A stretch of DNA of 64,000 bases. Origin: Ignavibacteriota bacterium. Lineage in GTDB: Bacteria > Bacteroidota > Ignavibacteria > UBA10030 > CAVZMI01. Positions 9,768 through 19,856 of the stretch are shown piece after piece. The first letter of the stretch is position 1. Each line of letters opens with the position of its first letter. The stretch is from NCBI GenBank assembly GCA_963776275.1, contig CAVZMI010000028.1:32001-96000 (forward strand), read 5' to 3'. A program made the position numbers and the translations under genes. The notes below the pieces were generated by a model. It was given only the letters and a program-made list of their open reading frames with translations, was not told the origin of the DNA and searched no databases.

Positions 9768-10171
9768 GCGACCACCGATCTAACAGGCACACATTCCGGA
9801 ATAAAAGCCCGTGAACGCCACCAAGAATAATGACTTACTGCGCCTGTTTGTTTAAGAACACCATCTTTAAATTGAAGAATTAAATGACCTATTAAACGTT
9901 TTTTCTTCTTATGCGCAGGAGTCTTAAAATAGCCGTTTATTAACCCCTGCAAATTGTCTGACAAAGATATTGCATGTGCTTCACATTCGTCATGAAATAT
10001 TTCTGCGGGATATTTTGCTCTGTACGAAATAAAACATTCTGATGTAGCGGGATTATGTTTTACTACGCGGTAGTATTCTTTTGTACCATCGGGAGGAACA
10101 GCATCCTCAGGTGGACAAATCATTCCTGCTATCGCCAAATCTTCAAAATATTCTATGCTGGAGTTTGCCAT
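9764..10171 (-). CDS. Hypothetical protein inside the R-M operon (possible ART/RES-like fold)
   Basis: 135 aa, coupled to hsdS and hsdR; CPP.DA, YYR, AISL, H.SWW motifs. Confidence 0.7.
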   Translation of the reverse strand: MANSSIEYFEDLAIAGMICPPEDAVPPDGTKEYYRVVKHNPATSECFISYRAKYPAEIFHDECEAHAISLSDNLQGLINGYFKTPAHKKKKRLIGHLILQFKDGVLKQTGAVSHYSWWRSRAFIPECVPVRSVVA

Positions 10172-10172
10172 A

Positions 10173-11426
10173 TTATACTAATCGTATTTTCCCTGTCAAT
10201 AGATTTTGCATCATACCCTGCTTGAGCATTTTGTACTTCTCTAGTTTCTTTTCCAATGCCTCTATTTCGACATCCATATCTGATAATATTTGGGCAATAT
10301 GGGTTTGTTCTTGAATTAAAGGCGGCAAACTTAGTGATAACTTTTTATATTCGTTGCCATTAATACCTGGTTGTCCTGTTCTTGTTGAATTCGCTCTAAT
10401 CCAATCCCAGTACTGAGCAGTTTGAGTGTAGTACTTAAAAATGACAGGATTAAGGATTTCAGGATTAGTTTTAATGCGAATTAGAAAACCAGCAAAAACC
10501 AATTTGCCGTCATTAGGATCATACAAGTATGTTTTTCCGACACTTGCGCCAGTTCTCGCAAAAACTAAGTCACCTATTTCGAGATAATATTTTGATGAAT
10601 AAACATTGTCAATTGAAACAATATTTTGCTTAGAATATTTTCCGTCTTCCGTTATGTCGGTTATTCGCAAATAGATAGGTAATGATTCATTGTACGGGAC
10701 TGCTGCTGCATTAATCCCATAGTCAGGATTTCGGATTAGACAATCTCCCAACTTCTTTACTTTCCATACATCTTTCGGTTTTAGCAATTCCTGTAATGCA
10801 CCCCGCTTGATATCTCGCTTTTTGGCAATGAGTTTTTCTAATCCGGTGATGAGTGTCTCGACATCAGTTAAAGTGGTAGCAATAGCATTTTGTTCTTCAA
10901 AGGAGGGATATGGAATTGGACCATTTAAGATATCCCTAGTACTTATATTGGCCTGCACCCCAAGTGATGCAGAAGCTATTGAATACCTTCTCCAAGTTCT
11001 ACTATTAGAAAATGCTTTCAAAAAAACAGGGTGAATTTTCTCATTATGTATCCTAAGAAGACCAACTCGTTGATTTAGCAGTAAGGTTTTATCAGATTTC
11101 ACAATCGCCATTCGACCGATCAGATTCTTTGACGGTGTAACATCGGTCATTGCAATTATTAAATCGCCATTTTTAATTTGAAAATTCTTTAACTTTTCTA
11201 AATCATTAAATGACCAATAATTAACTTTTGTTGCATCAAATTGGAAGGAACCATCTAAACCAATTTGAGCCATTGTGACAATGGGAATTCCAATATCTTT
11301 GTATCTTTTTGATGAGAAAGCATAGCCGTTCTGAAAATTTGAAATTACATCAATAATCCTTCTTACATTCCAATCACTTGGAATAATTCCGACATCCGTT
11401 TTCTGGAATCCTTTTTCAATTTCCAT
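10173..11426 (-). CDS. hsdS: Type I R-M specificity subunit
   Basis: Two TRDs with conserved P..EEQ.AIA..L and KQGMMQNLLTGKIRL repeats. Confidence 0.95.
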   Translation of the reverse strand: MEIEKGFQKTDVGIIPSDWNVRRIIDVISNFQNGYAFSSKRYKDIGIPIVTMAQIGLDGSFQFDATKVNYWSFNDLEKLKNFQIKNGDLIIAMTDVTPSKNLIGRMAIVKSDKTLLLNQRVGLLRIHNEKIHPVFLKAFSNSRTWRRYSIASASLGVQANISTRDILNGPIPYPSFEEQNAIATTLTDVETLITGLEKLIAKKRDIKRGALQELLKPKDVWKVKKLGDCLIRNPDYGINAAAVPYNESLPIYLRITDITEDGKYSKQNIVSIDNVYSSKYYLEIGDLVFARTGASVGKTYLYDPNDGKLVFAGFLIRIKTNPEILNPVIFKYYTQTAQYWDWIRANSTRTGQPGINGNEYKKLSLSLPPLIQEQTHIAQILSDMDVEIEALEKKLEKYKMLKQGMMQNLLTGKIRLV

Positions 11427-11431
11427 CGGTT

Positions 11432-13879
11432 CTACCAGACAAAATTCATTTGTTTTAAGTGATTCTCTACTGTGGTGGTCAGTTCATCTACTTCACCGCT
11501 CAGTTTTGGTAGAGGTGTTTCGTAACGTTCAGCCAGTTCCTTAATACGCTGAGTTAGCCGGTGACTTATGTTATCCATTTCAGTGCGGATGCGCTGTTCC
11601 ATACTGTGCATCCATTTTTTATCTACCACAATGGTTTTTATCTCTTCAATACTCAGTACCGGGTATTTAGCAATTACTTTCTTCTCCAAATTCGACATGG
11701 CTGCCTTTATTTTAGTTTGTATTACGGATTCATCATCCATCAACTTTTTATAAGTATGCAGCATATCATATTCTTCCGCATTATCAGCATCCTTATTCCC
11801 TAACTCTTTTATAGTATCCTGTAAGTTTTTTTTGCTAATCTTCTGCTTGTCGTCTATGGCACTAAATAGTAAACCGTCTTCCCCTACATGTTCCTCCCGC
11901 AATTCAGACATTTTAATGTTAAGAGTCTCAGCTTCTGCTTCTAATGCGTCAATGCCTTTTTGCTCTTCAGTAAAATACTCTGGAATAATTAAGGTAGGCG
12001 GTATCAATCTTCCTTCAAGCCCTTCAATACCAGCTATATCTTTGCCTTCACCCTTTTCTTCTTTTTTGACTTTTCTTTTCAATCGTTTTACATCATTACC
12101 TGCCTTCCATCCATCGGCTGCCAGTTCATACATATCGTCCTGCATGGTTTCTGCCCAATAATCCATCAGGTGTTGGTACATTGAATATTTGTCGGTCAAT
12201 TGTTTGTTTGTATAATATTTCAATAAGTTTTCAGAAATAACTTGTATTTCCTTTTTTGGATGTAACCCTTTGTCCAACGCCTTGGTGTAGGATGTAGTTT
12301 CGACTTTCCATTTGGCAAACACAGCATCCATCTGTCTGCTGAAAGCGATAAACTCCGGATGCTGAAAAATAGTTTTTTTTATTTCATCCTTTGCAATTCG
12401 TAAGACAGAATAATTGGATCGTTGACTTGCCTCAAATAAGATGTTCCTCAACGATGGATACACTTTCCAATAATTGCCCAAATCATCAATATCACGAGTG
12501 GGGATATCACCCAGCAAATGAGCTTCAATATCCTGTAAGTCTTCCGCTTCCTGGCTATCAATGTATCTCGGAATGTTCAGGTTATAATCGTTTTTAGAAT
12601 CTGCAATCTCCGATATAGAAATGATTTGGGAATATTTTTCAATTTCGATTCGGTTATTGAAAGTGTCAACAATCTTATGAATGTCCTGCTCACGAAGTCG
12701 GTTTTTATTACCATCTTTGATAAAACCTTTACTCGCATCAATCATGAAAATATCTTTGCGGTTTCCGGCATCTTCTTTATCAATAACGATTAAACTAGCT
12801 GCGATGCCGGTTCCATAAAACAAGTTGGGGGGCAAACCGATAATACCTTTGATATAACCTCTTAAAATGATTTTTTTACGTATGTCGGCTTCGGCATTAC
12901 CGCGGAACAACACGCCTAAGGGCAAAACGATGCAAGCCTTGCCTTTTGATTTTATGGATTTGATTAAATGAAGAAGAAAGGCATAATCACCATTCCTTTT
13001 AGGTGGAATGTTATCATATCCTTCAAAGCGTTTGTAAATATCATTGTCGGGGTCCCAACCATTCCTCCATGACTTGTAACTGAAAGGTGGATTTGCCACA
13101 GCATAATCAAATTGTTCTAACTCTCCTGTTGTATCATTAGTAAATTCGGGCTTGGCTAATGTATTACCTTGCCTGATATCCGAGGTAGGGTTTCCATGTA
13201 GCCACATATTCATCACTGCCAAAGCTCGGGTGGCATTGTCATTTTCCTGTCCGTATATAGTAATACTGTAAGGTGCTTCGTTTGCTGCTTTCAACAGCAA
13301 CGAACCCGACCCGCACGTAGGATCATAAATTGTTTCCGATTGTCTTTTAGATTTTTCAATGCTAATCACCTTGGCCATGACGCGAGAAACCTCGGCAGGT
13401 GTATAGAATTGACCTTTACTTTTGCCGCTCTCAGTCGCAAAGTTTCGCATTAGATATTCATAGGCATCACCAAGAAGATCATCTCCCTCTGCGCGGTTAC
13501 TACTGAAATCCAATTCAGGCTTTTCAAATATTTCTATAAGGTTACTGAGTTTATCAACCTTGTCTTTCCCCTTCCCAAGTTTTTCATCATCGTTAAAATC
13601 TGCAACAGTTATTACACCAGTCAGTCCGTTAGCTTTTGCAAGTTCTCCAATAATCTTATTGATCTTATCTCCAATATCTGACTGTCCTTTAAGATTAACC
13701 ATATCTTTGAAACTGCCGCCTTCGGGAATTTCAACCAATGCTCCGCCCTTGTCGGATACGTATTTCATAAACAATAAAACCAATACATAATCTTTGTATT
13801 GGCTTGCATCCATGCTACCACGTAATTCATCACAACTTGCCCATAATGAGCTATAGAGTTCAGATTTCTTGATTGCCAT
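11432..13879 (-). CDS. hsdM: Type I R-M N6-adenine methyltransferase subunit
   Basis: MAIKKSELYSSLW, GQFYTP, DPTCGSGSL, NPPF. Confidence 0.96.
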   Translation of the reverse strand: MAIKKSELYSSLWASCDELRGSMDASQYKDYVLVLLFMKYVSDKGGALVEIPEGGSFKDMVNLKGQSDIGDKINKIIGELAKANGLTGVITVADFNDDEKLGKGKDKVDKLSNLIEIFEKPELDFSSNRAEGDDLLGDAYEYLMRNFATESGKSKGQFYTPAEVSRVMAKVISIEKSKRQSETIYDPTCGSGSLLLKAANEAPYSITIYGQENDNATRALAVMNMWLHGNPTSDIRQGNTLAKPEFTNDTTGELEQFDYAVANPPFSYKSWRNGWDPDNDIYKRFEGYDNIPPKRNGDYAFLLHLIKSIKSKGKACIVLPLGVLFRGNAEADIRKKIILRGYIKGIIGLPPNLFYGTGIAASLIVIDKEDAGNRKDIFMIDASKGFIKDGNKNRLREQDIHKIVDTFNNRIEIEKYSQIISISEIADSKNDYNLNIPRYIDSQEAEDLQDIEAHLLGDIPTRDIDDLGNYWKVYPSLRNILFEASQRSNYSVLRIAKDEIKKTIFQHPEFIAFSRQMDAVFAKWKVETTSYTKALDKGLHPKKEIQVISENLLKYYTNKQLTDKYSMYQHLMDYWAETMQDDMYELAADGWKAGNDVKRLKRKVKKEEKGEGKDIAGIEGLEGRLIPPTLIIPEYFTEEQKGIDALEAEAETLNIKMSELREEHVGEDGLLFSAIDDKQKISKKNLQDTIKELGNKDADNAEEYDMLHTYKKLMDDESVIQTKIKAAMSNLEKKVIAKYPVLSIEEIKTIVVDKKWMHSMEQRIRTEMDNISHRLTQRIKELAERYETPLPKLSGEVDELTTTVENHLKQMNFVW

Positions 13880-14063
13880 AAGTATTTATTGAATTAATTT
13901 GAAATGACTTAGTTAACAATATTTTTCCCACATTTGTGAAATCAACCACCAATGGGAAATGTACCGTTTTTTTGCCATCCTTTTTGCGTGACTTCTTCGG
14001 TGCATGTAATAGGCTCACGAAGGCATTTGGTGATACCACCTGTCCGCCGTTTTTTTGGGCGGA

Positions 14064-14175
14064 TTAATGGCTCACTGAGCCAATTCCTGCCTGACGGCAG
14101 GCAGGCGTTTCCAACGGGCATCCCGGCCTTTGCCAAGTGAAGCGATCTTCTTTTTTCGCTTTAAATCCTGTATTG
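14064..14175 (-). pseudogene. Possible 3' remnant of a Fic-type/wHTH gene upstream of hsdM
   Basis: Minus frame reads IQDLKRKKKIASLGKGRDARWKR, resembling wHTH tails of Fic proteins; interrupted by palindrome cctgcctgacggcaggcagg (14086-14105); no upstream ORF. Confidence 0.35.
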
Positions 14176-14566
14176 AAAAGGGTTTTTCAAATTACGCCTC
14201 CTGCGTAACGCATAATGCGTAATTATTCTTGAATTATCAATTCGCGCCCATCTTCTTATATATTTATTGGGCCATGGAACCTTTGGGAAGTCAAAACGTA
14301 ACTAACTCAAAGTTAAGTCAGTAGAAAGAGAGAAACAAGGGGCAAGAGATGGAATTTTAGCAAAAATCCCCAGTGCACTACCAAACGCCGAGAATTAAGG
14401 ATGCTAACGCGTTGTCGAGGAGACAACGCACGACTATGATAAGAATAATTAGGATCAGCAAGTGATACTTACCGGGTACTCAGATTTCTCGAACAATTAC
14501 CCGAGATTCCACCGATAATGGCAAGTATGGTGGGGCGATTGCAGAAAAACGCGGTATTTATGCTTT

Positions 14567-15245
14567 GAGGACGAAATAATCCGTTCCGCTATAGCGGAAC
14601 GAGACCTCGCCTGAAGGCGGGAATTTCGACCTACATTTGTCTCGCAGTATAGCCAGAACAATGTAGGTCGAATTTTCGGTTCGACCTTAAAGAGGACGAA
14701 ATATGGTTCGACAAGTTTACCCCGAGCTTGCCGAGGGGCTCACCACAAGTAATTTCGTCCTACATTTGTCATCCAGTAAAACAGTAACGATGTAGGTCGG
14801 GTTGTGGTTCGGCAAGCTTGTCCCGAGTATATCGAGGGGCCTGCCCCGAGCCTGCTTGCCGTGAGCCTTCGGCCCGAGACCTCGGCGAGCTCGGTCGAGC
14901 CGCTCAGGCCGAGGGCTTGTCGAACGGTCGAGGGGCTCACCACAGGCTAACCCGACCATCATTGATGGACGGGATAGTCCGTTCCGCTATCCTGTCCTGA
15001 GCCCTGGGTCGAGCTTGTCTGCCGTGAGTTCACCGAACGGTCGAGACCTTGTCGAGGGAAGCGGAACGAGACCTCGCCTAAAGGCGGGCATCCCGTCCTA
15101 CATTTGTCACTATGGAGTACTAACATTGTAGGTCGGGTAGTTTACCCGACCATCACCGGTGGACGGGAAGGCCAGCTTTGAGGACGAAATAAAATTTCGT
15201 CCTACATTTGATAACGATGATGTAGAGACATTGTAGGTCGGTTGT
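14567..15245. repeat. REP/BIME-like hairpin array with nested insertions (copy 1)
   Basis: Repeated gaggacgaaat...atttcgtcctaca and tgtaggtcggg...cccgacc (GTAG-footed hairpins); 14692-15211 is a direct repeat of 17890-18231. Confidence 0.85.
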
Positions 15246-15484
15246 GGTTCGATAGGCCCGCCACGAAATTGTCAAGGGGTCGATGGATAGCAGCACGAGT
15301 CGAGGGGGCTTGTCCCGAGCGATCCGCCGGAGGCGGAGAGTCGAGGGATTGATTCTGGTCGCCTATTTTCATTCTTTTCTCTAGAAGAAATATACCGAAT
15401 TCTACCTCTTTTTAACCCTATTTTAGTATACTAGTGTCTCGATTGGCACTCGACACAAGGCTCTGGAACGGCACAGCAATACAT

Positions 15485-15526
15485 TTGCTTTATAAAAGAT
15501 TGTGGTATATATTGATTGTACCACAA
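15485..15526 (+). promoter_or_regulatory. Putative sigma-70 promoter with overlapping inverted repeat (AbiEi operator candidate)
   Basis: TTGCTT-17-TATATT (15485-15513); ttgtggta...taccacaa inverted repeat at 15500-15526. Confidence 0.5.
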
Positions 15527-15556
15527 AGTTGAGATTGTCAAAAAGGTGATTAATTC

Positions 15557-16339
15557 ATGAACAAATACGCTGAAAAGAAAATCGAAAAACTAAAAACTGC
15601 CTTATCCCACAAGGATCATTTTTCAGTTGATGATGTCTGTGATGTGCTTGGATTAAGGAGGTCGACGGTGTTGTGGGTTCTAAGCAATCTATCAAGATCC
15701 GGACATATAGTCAGGCTTGGAAGAGGGATATATACATTCGATGAAAAAAGTCTCTCTTTCAGGGTTCCACATCTGAGTTATGAAATCTCAAAAGTGTTTG
15801 ACAAATTGAGAAATGAGGGTGTCTCGTTTATTTTAACGGGGATGGACATTCTGTTTCCATTTGTCCAACATCAGCCTGCGAGAGTGATGCATTTGATTTA
15901 TACAGCGACCGGTGCCGGAGTGTGGGCGCAATCGTTGCTGAAAGAATCCGATTTTATTCCCATATTGGAACCGACCCGGCAAGAAATTGAAAAAATACTT
16001 GAGATTGTTCCGGATCCTAAAGAACTAATCATCTTAAGAGAAAAATCAACTCAACTTGCTTCGAACAATTCATTAGCGACTCTTGAGAGGGCATTTGTTG
16101 ATCTATATGTCGAAGCCACACGGAATTTGATTCCATTCCCGGTACAAGAAGTAGCTTACATTTTTCTAAACATGAAAACTTCACTCTCCCTTAACATTTC
16201 ACAGATGCTGAGATATGCGCACGAGCGATCGATCAGAGATGAAATTCAGGAAATAGTTGATTCCAAGAAACGAGGCGAGTTATTTGAATCAGATAAACCT
16301 TCACAGAACTTTATACGAATTTTGGAGGCGATAGGTTAA
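15557..16339 (+). CDS. Type IV TA antitoxin, AbiEi-like
   Basis: N-terminal wHTH ending L..SG.IVRLGRGIY, ATLERAFVDL motif; 1-nt overlap with the toxin gene. Confidence 0.8.
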   Translation: MNKYAEKKIEKLKTALSHKDHFSVDDVCDVLGLRRSTVLWVLSNLSRSGHIVRLGRGIYTFDEKSLSFRVPHLSYEISKVFDKLRNEGVSFILTGMDILFPFVQHQPARVMHLIYTATGAGVWAQSLLKESDFIPILEPTRQEIEKILEIVPDPKELIILREKSTQLASNNSLATLERAFVDLYVEATRNLIPFPVQEVAYIFLNMKTSLSLNISQMLRYAHERSIRDEIQEIVDSKKRGELFESDKPSQNFIRILEAIG

Positions 16340-17544
16340 TGGTCAAATACGAAGCACTTATTCATGATCGTAAATACTTTGAGATTGAACATATCACCGA
16401 GCGCCAATCACAATACAATTTCACTCAGGCTGTGAAAGTTGAGACATTCCTATGGGATTTCGAGCTATATGGGCAATTACAACACCATCTTGGAAAGAAT
16501 ATTGTCCTGAAAGGTGGAACAGCCGCACAATTGTTCTTTCCTCCACAACAACAGAGAACGAGTGTGGATATTGATGTTGTTTATCTTGGCGATGAAGAAC
16601 TATTGTTGAATTCTTTCAAGTCAATTCACCAGGCCTTCGGTGGCGACGATCTTTATTTCAAGTTCAAGAAACACACTCCCTTAAAACCAAAGACAATACT
16701 TTCCATGGTTACGTACTTTTTTTCTGTACCTTCGGTTAGTATCGGGAAGACACCATTAAACATTAAAATAGATTTTCATTTGATGGAGCGGTTCGATCTC
16801 GAAACGATTGAAATCGAAATGGGAAGGGCCTTTGTCATTCCACTTGCGTTTAAACCCTTGTGTTTCTCTGCAGGGAGTCTGCTCGGTGACAAGTTGCTCA
16901 CACTTGCGCAAGGCAGTGTGGGGATCCCAATAGAAAGAGAAGACGATATTGTTAAACAGCTTTACGACATTGATTTGCTAAGTAGAATTGTAGATGTGAA
17001 AGACACTGATGTTATCAGGCATGCAATTAATGTCCTTTTTGAAAGGGAATTAAAAGCGAGAAATGAACAGGTTCAGTTTGAGATTGCGCTTCAACAAATA
17101 GTGGCACTATTGGAAAAATATTCTCATTTGGATTCACCTGGAAGCGAACGCACGGCGCGCGACGCAGTACATAATTTTAGGAGCAATTACGAGCCGAGAC
17201 CTTTCAGGAATTGGATCAATTGGGGGATTATTACGAAACGTCTGCAATTCTTAATAAAAGCATTTATAGAAAATCCTGAGGGTGCAATAGGGGTTTTAAA
17301 AGAAGCAGATCAAATCGAAAAACTACTCGTACTCGAAGGGAATGAACGAAGAGGGGTTATTCGTAAAGAATTGTCATCAGTATTCGTAGACATATTGAAT
17401 TCGGCGGGACAGAGTGATATTGCAAAAAGATTGAGGAATTCGAGTCCGGAGAGACTATTCTGGGAAGTGCTCAAGCCTTCTAATTTGAAGGAAACAAAGA
17501 ATCGAATTCTGGCAAACGTGCCTCCTGGACAAACAACAAAATAG
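16339..17544 (+). CDS. AbiEii/AbiGii family nucleotidyltransferase toxin
   Basis: LKGGTA, RTSVDID, DKLLTL, KQLYDI motifs. Confidence 0.88.
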   Translation: MVKYEALIHDRKYFEIEHITERQSQYNFTQAVKVETFLWDFELYGQLQHHLGKNIVLKGGTAAQLFFPPQQQRTSVDIDVVYLGDEELLLNSFKSIHQAFGGDDLYFKFKKHTPLKPKTILSMVTYFFSVPSVSIGKTPLNIKIDFHLMERFDLETIEIEMGRAFVIPLAFKPLCFSAGSLLGDKLLTLAQGSVGIPIEREDDIVKQLYDIDLLSRIVDVKDTDVIRHAINVLFERELKARNEQVQFEIALQQIVALLEKYSHLDSPGSERTARDAVHNFRSNYEPRPFRNWINWGIITKRLQFLIKAFIENPEGAIGVLKEADQIEKLLVLEGNERRGVIRKELSSVFVDILNSAGQSDIAKRLRNSSPERLFWEVLKPSNLKETKNRILANVPPGQTTK

Positions 17545-17889
17545 AATCCTGTTTTCACAACATTTCTGCACTTCACATATAGGTGCAGAAAAATAGAAGC
17601 AAGGGGAAAATGTACTTTTTATTATAATTATGCTAAAACATTACCCAGAAACTCAAATACAGTATAAAAAGGTGTATTACTTTATCGTTTTATAGCCTGT
17701 GATCTTCATACTTGACAAGCACCGTTGTAATGGTTTCGATATAACTAAATTAGCAGTATCTGGCAACTGAGAAGGTTTAAAAAGCGAAAAAAACAAAAAA
17801 ATTATTCCTTTTTGGGGTTCTAAATTTCTGCAATTTATATAAAGGTGCATAAAGAGAATCAAGGGGAAATAAGTAATTATCTACTCTTC

Positions 17890-18231
17890 GAGGACGAAAT
17901 GTGGTTCGACCCCTCGACTCGCTACGCTCGCTCGGGGCAGGCAAGCTCACCACAAGTAATTTCGACCTACATTTGTCATCCAGTAAAACAGTAACGATGT
18001 AGGTCGGGTTATGGTTCAGTTGGACTCACCACAGGCCAACCCGACCATCATTGGTGGACGGGACAGTCCGTTCCGCTATAGCGGAACGAGACCTCGCCTA
18101 AAGGCGGGCGTCCCGCCCTACATTTGTCACTATGGACTACTAACATTGTAGGTCGGGTAGTTTACCCGACCATCACCGGTGGACGGGAAGGCCAGCTTTG
18201 AGGACGAAATGAAATTTCGTCCTACATTTGA
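17890..18231. repeat. REP/BIME-like hairpin array (copy 2)
   Basis: Colinear with 14692-15211 but lacks two large nested insertions. Confidence 0.88.
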
Positions 18232-18312
18232 ATTCTCTATTGCTCGTTTTCCATGTTGTACGCTTCTAAATAATTCATTGCTTGTGCAAGATGGACGTCT
18301 TCGAGCCAAAAA

Positions 18313-19306
18313 TTATAACATCGTCTTCCTTAATTCCTCGTTTGATTTAATGGACAGATATTTAGGAGCTATGTCAAACACCGTCTGCGCGCCAACCACT
18401 CCTTCTTTTCTCAGCCTGTAGGCGGCTCTGGCGTATGCAGCCAGAACATTTCCCGTGAATTCAGGATTGCTTTCAAGCTTCAATGAGAACTCCATCAGAT
18501 GCTTGCTGCCGGAACCGGATTCCCCGATTGTGAGAACAAAACCGCCGTGAGGCATCTTCGAATGCTTGGCTCTCAATTCCTCCTGAGAAATAAATTTTAC
18601 AGTTGTGTCGTAGTCGGCAAAATAGTTCGGCATATTCTTAATCTCGGATTCGACTCTGCGCCTTTCCTCATCGGTATCATTCTCTAAAACAATATAGCAC
18701 AGCCGTGTGTGCTTCTCTCTTGCGGAAAGAACATAATTAAGCCCGGCCCTTACGGTGTTAATAGCGTTATCAATAGGAAGTGTGTATTGCCTTCCGTCCT
18801 TGACGCCTTTTACCTGCCTGATAGCATCAGAATGTCCCTGGCTGACGCCCGGACCCCAGAATGTATATGCCGTACCATCTGGCAAACAGGAATTCTGGAT
18901 AACCCTCAACATAGAAAATAATCCGGGATCCCATCCAGTAGAGATAATGGCAATATTATTGCCACGACGTGCAGCGTTATTAATGGCATCAAAATACTCG
19001 GGAATTTTTGCATGTGTGTCGTAACTGTCCACAATGTTGAAGTATTGAGCAAAATGCGGACACTTGCTCTGAAAGGTCGGTGGCGGAACCGCCGCATAAG
19101 ACAACCACATCTAAGGAACCGACAAGATCTTTTGCCTTATTAACATGAAAAACTTTTGTCGATGGAGAATGAGGAATTATTGTATCTGGATTTCTTCTGG
19201 TAAGAATTGCATCCATACTCATGTCGGAATTTTGCGCGACAGCCAGCTCGACTCCTTTGCCTACATTACCATAACCGACAATTCCGACCTTAATTTTTTG
19301 ATCCAT
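18313..19306 (-). CDS. ddh: meso-diaminopimelate D-dehydrogenase, frameshifted at ~19062
   Basis: GYGNVG, LCGGSATDL in one frame; FNIVDSYDTHA, GWDPGLFS, FWGPGVSQGHSDA, HGG in the next. Confidence 0.9.
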
Positions 19307-19424
19307 TAACTAGCTCCCAACCTTTCTAATGTCGTTTCAATATTGATTTTGAATTGTCAAATGTGGCTATCTTGATCAGTTATTGCCTTTTCTAATAGTA
19401 GATAAATCCTTGATGACAAAATCG

Positions 19425-19675
19425 ATATAACACCGCTGAGGTGAAAGACGATTTATGGTGCTGTGACCCATTTTTTAGATGAATAATTGTAGGGTCACTG
19501 CCACAGAGTACTCAGAGAACATTAAGGAAAGCCATTTTTGAGGTCACAGAGTAGAAATTCTTCTTTGTGTCCTCAAAAACTACTATTGTATTAGTACTTT
19601 GTGTCCTTTTGCGCCGGAGGCGCATGCGCCTTTGGCGCAGTGTTTACCCTCAACAGCCATTGAAAAAAGAAAAGC
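19425..19675 (+). repeat. Dispersed ~250-bp intergenic repeat
   Basis: Inverted near-copy at 36261-36511; partial copy at 312-403. Confidence 0.88.
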
Positions 19676-19856
19676 GGAATTGCTTATTAATTCCTTTCAA
19701 CGCACCCTAAATACTAAAGTACTCTCGGCTCGCCTGAAGACGAGCCTCCCGAGGGTGCGGCTACCACTTTCGATATATCGTCCCGTCTTCGTTTTGTGGT
19801 GAACTCTGATATGTTCTTTCAGAAGCACGGGGCTTTTCAAAAAGAAAGTGACACCA

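Noticed and set aside
14190-14235. dif-like Xer site (gtaacgcataatgcgtaattattcttgaa)
   Set aside because: The XerC-like half is partial, the XerD arm is poor and the spacing is off; better explained as a local palindrome.
14567-15245. CRISPR or integron attC array
   Set aside because: Repeats alternate in orientation and vary in length like REP/BIME units; no integrase and no regular repeat-spacer period.
19310-19856. Lysine riboswitch upstream of ddh
   Set aside because: Consensus elements not found; most of the interval is the dispersed repeat.
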